Below, piece by piece: positions 56,458 to 64,000 of a DNA stretch of 64,000 nt. The stretch is from Chloroflexota bacterium. Its GTDB lineage: Bacteria > Chloroflexota > UBA11872 > VXOZ01. A model generated the notes under the pieces. That model was not told the origin of the DNA. It saw only the letters and a program-made list of their open reading frames with translations, and did no database searches. The stretch lies in the NCBI GenBank assembly GCA_965221905.1, contig OZ244922.1, positions 1,440,001 through 1,504,000 on the forward strand, written 5' to 3'. The stretch's first letter is position 1. Each line of letters begins with the position of its first letter. The translations under genes and the position numbers were made by a program.

Positions 56458-59073
56458 CTATCGGATAACGACCACTGGAAACTTTAGGACGTTATCGCCA
56501 TGGTGGAAGAACCAGGTAATGCTTTCCTGAACAGGGCCGATCCAGACCTCGTATTCACCGGGTGGCAGCGGATCGCCAGTTTGTGTGAAGGGAGCGAGGA
56601 TGGCGGTGAGGCTAAGAGCATCGCCCGGTGCAAGTGCATAGGGGAGCGCTGCCCTTCCTTCAGCGACCCGTGAGGCTAAGTCACGGTCTGCAGCGTGCAT
56701 GGGAAACCAAAGAATGCCGAGTTGCACCGCGCCCGGGGCATTCCCAATTTCGCACGGAGTGGGCCAGGGTCGATCGCCGGCATTTGTGACGGAGAGACGA
56801 AGGGTACCCATGGTGCCGCGCATGAGCGTCTTGGGATAGTGAGGGGAGATGAGCGTGAGGCGGGAGCGATACCCACTTGGGGTTAACGGATCGGTGGAAT
56901 ACGTGCCATGGAAAACCCCTGGGACATGGTCGAGCAAAGTTATGCCGCGCAGCAATAGGAGTTCACGCGACGGCCGAGAGAGCCGAATAAAGACATCCTC
57001 AGTACTTTTGGTGGGTAGCGGGAAGAACTGGCACCAGTTGCCCGGCGGGATGGTATCGGCAAAGAGGATTTCGCCGTTGACATCTATTTGGAGCGGTTTC
57101 TCTTCATCCGCCGGGTTGATGATGTTTAGGAGCAGTGCCTCAGAGGAGTGCTTTCCTGTGGGTACGCGGATAGTGGCATCTGTGTCGAACCAGATCGGCA
57201 GGGACACCTCATTAGTGGCTGTCAGATGGTAGAAGCTACGATGTGCGAGACCCCATACTGGTTGTGCCGGTATACCTGGAACCTCCTCAATGCCCCAGGC
57301 AGGGAGGGCATTGAGGTTGAGCGCGGTATTAGAGTAGTCCACGCGCGAGAGCAGGGCAGACTGAACAGGGCCGGGGAGTGTCCAGAGGGCTTGATCGGCG
57401 CCGATGAGAGGGACATGGGGTTCAGCCTGCCAGAAGTGGGCTTTCAAGGTATCGGCGTCTTTCCAGAAGCGGCTACTGATGACGATGAGAGCCGGCGGCA
57501 GTTCGCCCGCAGCGCCGTCAAAGGGGATAAACCGTGTGTGCGGCAGGAGGTATTCGTAAGTGAAGTAAGTCAACGGATGATAGTAAGTGGTGTCGTAGGC
57601 AATAGTGGGAGGGGAGCCGAGGTAGGCACGGATGTAGGAAGCGAGGGAAGAGGAGCGGGCGACACGCTCTTGGAGCGGGAGGATAGCGGAGAAGTAGCCG
57701 AAGGCGCTGGTAAGGAGGAAGAGACAGGCGATGGTGCTGACGGCCACGAAACGCCAGCGGCCACGGACGAAGGAAAAGAACACAAAGCCTACAGCAGCTA
57801 AAACGGAAGCAACAACCAGAGCGAGTGGCGTAGTACCGAACAGTGCGGCATATGGATAGATTCCGAGGGACTGAGGCGCAAAGATCACGGGCAGAAAAAT
57901 GAATAGGCTGTAGCTGGCAGCCACTGTGCTGATGCCAAGGAGCGCGGTGAGAACCGTTGCCAAGCGCCAAGACCGCAACTGCTGACCGCGCAGGACAGTA
58001 GTGAGACCGAGTGCAATGGGTAGCGCCGAGATGCCGTCAACATACCGACCCAGCATGAAGTGTGTATCTTGGGCGAACGCACCATTCCATGCGGCGCTAA
58101 CGACCGCTGTGCTAAGCCATGCCAAAAGGAAGAACATGAGTGTAGCAGCAGGCACATCATGAGCAAGGCTAGTCAGCCCCATGCCGCGGCGCTGCCAGAG
58201 TAAAAGGCAGATAGCCAGCGCGCCAATGGGTAAGAGACCGAAAGAGGACTGCACGGCATAAAGTGCCAATTCATTCGATTTCAGGAGGAAGTCATGCAGA
58301 CCTTGAAGAGAGAAGAAGTGCGCAATAATCGGAAGAATTGGGTTCTCCGGACTGTCTGTGCCGCCGGCCGTCCTCAAGTCGCTGATGGCAAGTCGCGTGC
58401 CGATCAGGATCAGGGCGGTAGCGCTGAGGGCTGCGCTCACCGCTCGCCACGGCAAAGCGCGGCATAGGCCAAGAGCGACGAGGTAAAGAGCAGCAACGGG
58501 AATGAGAGGCAATGAACGGGTGTGGACGGTGTACATGAAACCCAGGAGCACGCCGAACATAAGCGCGAGGCGCACTGACTTATGGCGCAAAAGAGCGCCA
58601 AAGAGCGCGATGAGAAGCATGAAGGCCGGAACGTAGGCATTGTCACCCCAAGCAAAATTAGCTCGAAGCAGCAGCGGTGCAAAGAGGCACGTAAGGAAAG
58701 AAGCGACCATGGCAAGGCGGCTGGAAATGCCGAGCAGGGAAGCCAGAACGTAGTAAAGGCTGAGATACACCGTGCTCATCAGGAAGGCACTGATCACGAG
58801 GCTAGCGGTGTAACTGGTGTAGGGGCTATCGAACAGCCAGAATGCGGGCACAAGGAATAGCGAGTAGCCAAAGTGAAAGAAGACGGCCCCGTGGAGCGTA
58901 GGCATGGGGGCAGTGCCGGAGAGGTAGCGGGCATTCGCTAGAAAGACCGCCTCATCCGCCATTATCAGCGGTTGCTCGCGGAAGAGTACTAGCCCGACTT
59001 GAGCTAGCAGAAGCAGCGCAAAGGGAACCGCGTGCCGGAATTTGCTCTTGTCATGAAAGACCCGCGCAATCAA
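56458..59073 (-). CDS. Polytopic membrane protein, GT-C-like glycosyltransferase with C-terminal extracellular Ig-like domains
   Basis: DE after the first TM (IMADEAVF), many TMs, GRY motif, soluble C-terminal half. Confidence 0.6.
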   Translation of the reverse strand: MIARVFHDKSKFRHAVPFALLLLAQVGLVLFREQPLIMADEAVFLANARYLSGTAPMPTLHGAVFFHFGYSLFLVPAFWLFDSPYTSYTASLVISAFLMSTVYLSLYYVLASLLGISSRLAMVASFLTCLFAPLLLRANFAWGDNAYVPAFMLLIALFGALLRHKSVRLALMFGVLLGFMYTVHTRSLPLIPVAALYLVALGLCRALPWRAVSAALSATALILIGTRLAISDLRTAGGTDSPENPILPIIAHFFSLQGLHDFLLKSNELALYAVQSSFGLLPIGALAICLLLWQRRGMGLTSLAHDVPAATLMFFLLAWLSTAVVSAAWNGAFAQDTHFMLGRYVDGISALPIALGLTTVLRGQQLRSWRLATVLTALLGISTVAASYSLFIFLPVIFAPQSLGIYPYAALFGTTPLALVVASVLAAVGFVFFSFVRGRWRFVAVSTIACLFLLTSAFGYFSAILPLQERVARSSSLASYIRAYLGSPPTIAYDTTYYHPLTYFTYEYLLPHTRFIPFDGAAGELPPALIVISSRFWKDADTLKAHFWQAEPHVPLIGADQALWTLPGPVQSALLSRVDYSNTALNLNALPAWGIEEVPGIPAQPVWGLAHRSFYHLTATNEVSLPIWFDTDATIRVPTGKHSSEALLLNIINPADEEKPLQIDVNGEILFADTIPPGNWCQFFPLPTKSTEDVFIRLSRPSRELLLLRGITLLDHVPGVFHGTYSTDPLTPSGYRSRLTLISPHYPKTLMRGTMGTLRLSVTNAGDRPWPTPCEIGNAPGAVQLGILWFPMHAADRDLASRVAEGRAALPYALAPGDALSLTAILAPFTQTGDPLPPGEYEVWIGPVQESITWFFHHGDNVLKFPVVVIR

Positions 59074-59367
59074 TGTTGCTGACCTCGTGCAGTTGCTGCC
59101 ACATTCCCTGTGTGCGTCGATGTGCTAAGAGCTGAGTTCTCTGCATGGTTAGTGCAACAAACTAGTGAGTGTGTTCTTGCAGGATGGCGCACAATCCTAA
59201 CTTAGAGTACCAATCGGGTAGAGGGTAGGTACAGTAACATGCAAGTGGAGTCCGCTGGTAGATATTGTAATCCCCCATGAAGATTCTACTTCGATCAGGC
59301 GCCATGCAAGCGCCCAATACGACTCTACATCCGCAAAATGGCGCATGACGAAGTATTGCCTCTTGCC

Positions 59368-59423
59368 TTGACGCTGTCGCGAGTGGCGTGCTACGCTAAT
59401 CCCTAGAAGGTGGCTAGGGTATT
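59368..59423 (+). promoter_or_regulatory. suf operon promoter and palindromic operator
   Basis: TTGACG-18 nt-TACGCT followed by AAT-CCCTAG-N7-CTAGGG-TATT. Confidence 0.6.
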
Positions 59424-59452
59424 GGATTGCTAGAGCAGGTTTGGGTTGTAGG

Positions 59453-59938
59453 ATGCTAGGGATTTCTACGAGAGGACATTACGGCCTCGTCATTATGACG
59501 GCGTTGGCGTTGGTGGTGGAAGGAAAACCGCTCTCTTTGGCGCGAATAGCTGAAGAGACCGGAATCTCTCTCGGCTATCTCGAGCAGATCGTGTCTACAC
59601 TTAAGGAGAAGGAACTGGTTGAGAGCGTTCGCGGCGCCAAGGGCGGCTACGTGCTCGGCAGAGATTCTTCTGAGATTACGGCGCTCCAGATAATCCTGGC
59701 GACCGAGCGTGAGATTGCCCCAATTTCCTGCTCGTTGCAGCCGGAGGAGGGTGTTTGCTGTGAGCGGGTGCACTACTGCCCAACGGTATTCCTGTGGGGT
59801 CGACTTGAACAACAGCTCAACCTCGCATTGGGGGATACGACGCTGGCAGACCTGGCACGCCACAGCCAGACTAGCAACCAAGCAACGCGCGGCAACCTCT
59901 CCGTAGTGGCTCAGATGCGCGCGGGGGCCCTGGGGTAG
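59453..59938 (+). CDS. Rrf2 family regulator (IscR/CymR-like) with Cys ligands
   Basis: ISTRGHYGL, YLEQI, SVRGAKGGY, C..CC..C. Confidence 0.92.
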   Translation: MLGISTRGHYGLVIMTALALVVEGKPLSLARIAEETGISLGYLEQIVSTLKEKELVESVRGAKGGYVLGRDSSEITALQIILATEREIAPISCSLQPEEGVCCERVHYCPTVFLWGRLEQQLNLALGDTTLADLARHSQTSNQATRGNLSVVAQMRAGALG

Positions 59939-60072
59939 CGCCATTTGCGATACGAGCGCAGGCAAGATTGCAATGCGCCTACCGGCGTCGGTCTGAATAA
60001 GATTTGAGAGTGGCAGGCTGAAGGAAGCACGACCGGATTATGTATAAAGGGAAGGGTAGATAGCGGTTCACA

Positions 60073-60837
60073 ATGGCTACTGAGCAATCATTCTTTGAGA
60101 TTGATGATCTCCACGTCGAGATCGAAGAGAACAAGATTCTGCGTGGAGTGGACCTCTCCGTGAAGCGGGGCGAGATCCACGCGATCATGGGGCCGAACGG
60201 CTCCGGCAAGAGCACGCTGGCCCATACGCTGATGGGGCATCCAAGTTACGATGCAACTGCGGGTCAGGTGCTCTATAACGGTGAGGACATCTTGGAAAGG
60301 GAGCCAAATGACCGCGCAAAGCTCGGCATCTTCCTGGCTTTCCAGTACCCGTTGGCGATACCTGGGGTAAGCACCCTGAATTTCCTGCGTACGTCGCTTA
60401 AGGCGGTGAAGCAGAAGGAGATTAGCGCGCGGAAGTTTCGGAAACACTTGCTGAAAAAGATGGATATGCTCAAGATAAACCGCGAGTTTGCGGGTCGCTA
60501 CCTCAACGACGGCTTTTCCGGCGGTGAGAAGAAGCGGATGGAGATCCTGCAAATGGCGGTCTTGGAGCCGCAGCTCGCCATCTTAGACGAGATTGACTCT
60601 GGGCTCGATATTGACGCAATTCGCGCGGTGGGTGAGGGTATTTCTTCCATCATGCACCCCGAAATGGCCATTGTGATCATCACCCACTACCCTCGGATCC
60701 TTCACTTTGTGAAGCCCGACTATGTGCACATCATGGTGGATGGTAAGATTCGACAGTCGGGCGGGTTTGAATTGGCCGAGGAGCTTGAGGCCAAGGGATA
60801 TGACGTTCTGCTTAAAGAGGTCATGCAGGAAGCCTAG
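60073..60837 (+). CDS. sufC: Fe-S assembly ATPase SufC
   Basis: MGPNGSGKST, FLAFQYP, GFSGGEKKR, DEIDSGLDIDA. Confidence 0.97.
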   Translation: MATEQSFFEIDDLHVEIEENKILRGVDLSVKRGEIHAIMGPNGSGKSTLAHTLMGHPSYDATAGQVLYNGEDILEREPNDRAKLGIFLAFQYPLAIPGVSTLNFLRTSLKAVKQKEISARKFRKHLLKKMDMLKINREFAGRYLNDGFSGGEKKRMEILQMAVLEPQLAILDEIDSGLDIDAIRAVGEGISSIMHPEMAIVIITHYPRILHFVKPDYVHIMVDGKIRQSGGFELAEELEAKGYDVLLKEVMQEA

Positions 60838-60849
60838 GAAGGCAGGTTA

Positions 60850-62268
60850 GTGATGGCGGTTACCGAGAAGGACATTCAAGAAAGCAAGAGAGTCTATAAA
60901 GAGAAGTACGGTTTTGCCGATCCCGATCAGGCGATCTATAAGGCGCCAAAGGGTTTTGACCCGGAGCGGGTGATTGAGATATCCAGCATGAAGAATGAGC
61001 CGGACTGGATGCTCAAATTCAGGCTGAAGTCGCTTGAGATTTTCAACAAGAAGCCGATGCCGGCTTGGGGCGCCAACCTCTCCCCTATTCCTTTCGATGA
61101 TCTCTCCTACTTCGTGCGTACCACGGAGAAGCAGGGCCAGACCTGGGAAGACGTGCCGGAATATATCAAGGATACGTTCGAAAAACTCGGCATTCCCGAG
61201 GCAGAGCGCAAGTTCCTGGCAGGAGTGTCCGCGCAGTACGAATCGGAAGTGGTCTATCACTCCATCCAAAAGGACCTGGAAGAGAAAGGCGTGATCTTCC
61301 TCAGTACAGAGGAAGGACTGGAGCAGCATCCCGAGCTATTTCGGCAATACTTCGGCACGGTAATCCCTTCGGCTGACAATAAGTTTGCCGCGATGAACGG
61401 CGCATTCTGGAGCGGCGGGTCATTTGTCTACGTGCCGCCGGGCGTCCAGGTGACCATACCGCTCCAGGCCTATTTCCGCATTAATTCCGAACAGATGGGG
61501 CAGTTCGAGCGGACGCTCATCATTGTGGACGAGGGCGCGTACGTACATTACGTCGAGGGCTGCACCGCGCCAGTCTACTCCACGGACTCCTTCCATAGCG
61601 GCGTGATCGAAATCATCGTCAAGAAGAACGCTCGTTGCCGCTACACGACGATACAGAACTGGTCCACCAACGTATATAACCTGGTAACCCAGCGCTCCGC
61701 AGTCTATGAAGGCGGCGTGATGGAGTGGGTGGATGCTAATCTTGGCTCAAATATCACAATGAAGTATCCCAGCGTCTATCTGATGGAGCCGGGTGCTAAG
61801 GGAGATATTCTCTCGATTGCTTACGCCGGTGACGGCCAGGTCTTGGATGCGGGAGGCAAGGCAATTCACGTTGCCCCCAATACGTCATCCAAGATCATCT
61901 CCAAGTCCATTAGTCAGCATGGTGGACGCACTTCGTTCCGTGGTTTGCTCAAGATCTATAAGGGTGCGGAAGGGTCCAAATCGGCCATGCGTTGCGACGC
62001 CCTCATACTAGACTCCGCATCGCGCTCCGATACCTACCCAACTATCGAGATTGAAGAAGAGCAGGTAAGCCTCGGCCACGAGGCCGTGGTGAGCAGAATT
62101 GGCGAGGACCAACTGTTCTACCTCATGAGCCGCGGCCTAGGCGAGTCTGAAGCGGCGGGCATGATAGTAAGCGGCTTCATCGAGCCAATCGTCAAGGAAC
62201 TGCCGATGGAGTATGCCGTGGAGATGAATCGCCTTATCCAATTGCAGATGGACAAGGCAGTGGGCTAA
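60850..62268 (+). CDS. sufB: Fe-S assembly protein SufB
   Basis: [39 protein letters not shown]. Confidence 0.97.
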   Translation: MMAVTEKDIQESKRVYKEKYGFADPDQAIYKAPKGFDPERVIEISSMKNEPDWMLKFRLKSLEIFNKKPMPAWGANLSPIPFDDLSYFVRTTEKQGQTWEDVPEYIKDTFEKLGIPEAERKFLAGVSAQYESEVVYHSIQKDLEEKGVIFLSTEEGLEQHPELFRQYFGTVIPSADNKFAAMNGAFWSGGSFVYVPPGVQVTIPLQAYFRINSEQMGQFERTLIIVDEGAYVHYVEGCTAPVYSTDSFHSGVIEIIVKKNARCRYTTIQNWSTNVYNLVTQRSAVYEGGVMEWVDANLGSNITMKYPSVYLMEPGAKGDILSIAYAGDGQVLDAGGKAIHVAPNTSSKIISKSISQHGGRTSFRGLLKIYKGAEGSKSAMRCDALILDSASRSDTYPTIEIEEEQVSLGHEAVVSRIGEDQLFYLMSRGLGESEAAGMIVSGFIEPIVKELPMEYAVEMNRLIQLQMDKAVG

Positions 62269-62479
62269 GCGTAGCGATTTTGAACGGTCATTGAGCAAGC
62301 CTAGTTCGTGCAGAACGAGGCGCATAGCGCCAGACAAAGAAGCATGGCGGCCGTGCCTCTTGTGTGGCGCAATTGTTGTAAGACGCTCCGTGCGAGTGGA
62401 AAGGGTCTGGGCATGTTGATACAGGATCAGGTCCAGCACCGGCTATTTCATGTCTTTCCGAGCACAGCGCGGAATCTAG

Positions 62480-63665
62480 GAAAACTCTGAACAAGTCCCT
62501 GGCATAGTATCATAGCAAGAAAGCAGGATACGGTGAGGAGCTGGGTAATGGAGCAACCGACGTTTGCCGACTTGGAGTACGCGCAGAAGAAGCGCAAGAC
62601 GCGCCGGGGGAAGTTCTTGGAGCGGATGGACGCGCTGCTCCCGTGGGCGGAGATGGAGGCGCGCATTGCGCCGTACTATCCCAAGCCAGGGCGGGGGCGG
62701 CGGCCGTATCCCTTGTCGGTAATGCTGCGGATACACTGCGTGCAGTTGTTCTACAACCTGAGCGATCCTGGGATGGAGGACATGCTGTACGAGGTAGAAC
62801 CGGTGCGGCGGTTCGTGGGGCTGCGGCTGTCAGAGGCGCTGCCGGACGAGACGACTATTCTGCACTTTCGGCATTTGCTGGAGAAGCACCGGTTAGGAGA
62901 GGGGTTGTTGGCGGAGATCAACGCGCATTTGGCAGGTCGGGGCTTGCGGCTGCGAGCGGGGACGGTAGTGGACGCGACCATCATCGCGGCGCCGACATCG
63001 ACGAAGAACCGAGAGGGGGAGCGAGACCCGGCGATGCGGCAGGTGAAGAAGGGGAACCAGTATTACTTTGGGATGAAGCTGCACATCGGCGTCGACGCAC
63101 AGACGGGGCTCGTGCATAGCTTCACCACCACATCGGCCAACGTGCACGACGTAACGCAAGCGGCGGCGTTGCTGCACGGCGCAGAGCAGCAGGTGTGGGG
63201 AGACGCCGGGTACGTGGGGGTGCAGAAGCGACCGGAGCATCAGGGGCGCGCCGTAGCGTGGCAGGTGGCGCTCAAGCCGGGGCTGCGGCGGAAACTGGCG
63301 CCTGAGAGCGCGGCGGCGCTGGCAGAGCAGCGCAAAGCATCGGTTAGGGCCAAAGTAGAGCATCCGTTCCTGTGGGTGAAGCGGCACTTCGGCTACGCCA
63401 CGGTGCGCTACCGGGGTCTGTCCAAGAACAGGCAACGGCTGGCGTTGCTGCTGGGGCTGACCAATGTGATGACGGCCGCACGCCAGTTGGCAACATGACA
63501 CGGGAGCAGTGCGCCCAAAACACGGCCAGGAGCGTATTGCGCTTCCAACGGGACCGCATCAAAGCCAAAACAGCCCCTCCCACATGCCAAGACACACCTC
63601 AAACCACCCCACAATCCCGCACATACCCATAAACCGATGCATATCCCGACTTGCTCAGACCTTTC
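62480..63665 (+). mobile_element. IS5-family (IS5 subgroup) insertion sequence, 1186 bp
   Basis: IRs GAAAACTCTGAACAAGTC / GACTTGCTCAGACCTTTC; CTAG duplication at 62476-79 and 63666-69. Confidence 0.95.
62548..63498 (+). CDS. IS5 DDE transposase
   Basis: LPDETTILHFRHLLE, VDATII, FGMKLHIGVD, GDAGY, RAKVEHPF. Confidence 0.96.
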   Translation: MEQPTFADLEYAQKKRKTRRGKFLERMDALLPWAEMEARIAPYYPKPGRGRRPYPLSVMLRIHCVQLFYNLSDPGMEDMLYEVEPVRRFVGLRLSEALPDETTILHFRHLLEKHRLGEGLLAEINAHLAGRGLRLRAGTVVDATIIAAPTSTKNREGERDPAMRQVKKGNQYYFGMKLHIGVDAQTGLVHSFTTTSANVHDVTQAAALLHGAEQQVWGDAGYVGVQKRPEHQGRAVAWQVALKPGLRRKLAPESAAALAEQRKASVRAKVEHPFLWVKRHFGYATVRYRGLSKNRQRLALLLGLTNVMTAARQLAT

Positions 63666-63672
63666 CTAGAGC

Positions 63673-63751
63673 GTAGCGAGGGGTTTACCCCCTGCTTAGG
63701 ACGGTCTGTGCGAGTGCGGAGTGGATGCATTCCCGCTTTCGCGGAAATGAC
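63673..63751. repeat. REP-like palindromes flanking the IS
   Basis: GTAGCGAGGGGTTTACCCCCTGC and ATTCCCGCTTTCGCGGAAATGAC; partner TGTCTTTCCGAGCACAGCGCGGAATC at 62451-62476. Confidence 0.55.
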
Positions 63752-63826
63752 GGACTGATTCTTGTAAAGTCATCATAACCTGGCGATTAGAACAGCTAAA
63801 CATTTTAGAAATCAGGAAAGGGAAGC

Positions 63827-64000
63827 GTGAGCCAATCATCAGTTGAACAAGCGCCATTGACTGCCTTGCAGGCCATTACGGCCGAAGCATGGCAGGAAAT
63901 CTCCCGGGCGGGCAGAGAGCCGGAGTGGGTGCGCAGCCTGCGCCAAGAGGCGTGGGAGATGTATCTAGACACGCCAATGCCCACGATGAAAGACGAAGAT
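63827..64000 (+). CDS. sufD: Probable SufD, N-terminus only (runs off the window)
   Basis: GTG after AAGGGAAG; EPEWVRSLRQEAW..PMPTMKDED; position after sufB. Confidence 0.82.
   Translation, partial: MSQSSVEQAPLTALQAITAEAWQEISRAGREPEWVRSLRQEAWEMYLDTPMPTMKDED

Noticed and set aside
1414-63501. Many long antisense or alternate-frame ORFs in the ORF track
   Set aside because: Shadows of well-supported genes in GC-rich DNA, with no motifs of their own

Overview
Moderately GC-rich bacterial chromosome segment. Gene content and style (MacB/HlyD system without TolC, archaeal-type apgM, KtrAB, DUF2089/DUF4097, DacA) suggest Chloroflexota or a similar monoderm; this is inference only. Most of it is housekeeping: selA, moaA, mobB, apgM, nth, frameshifted prfB, ilvBNC-leuA, hup, Rrf2-sufCB-(IS5)-sufD and tRNA-Ser(CGA). 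Two large envelope loci stand out. Locus 1 (5.3-16.8 kb) has no ATPase and encodes a 1033-aa solute-binding protein, four CUT1 permeases, an NHL-TPR-YIP1 fusion and a DUF5696-like protein with an internal transmembrane hairpin. Locus 2 (46.8-54.5 kb) is a MacB/FtsX-type operon with a very long lipoprotein adaptor and two ATPases, one carrying an AbrB-like tail. It also holds a duplicated copy of the permease's first extracytoplasmic domain that appears to have become a stand-alone lipoprotein, the most unusual sequence-visible feature. Three promoter-bounded, hairpin-rich intergenic units (about 3.3, 32.6 and 43.1 kb) are candidate ncRNAs or leaders. No CRISPR array, reverse transcriptase, prophage or integrase was seen. 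All family calls come from motif recognition by eye, not database searches.
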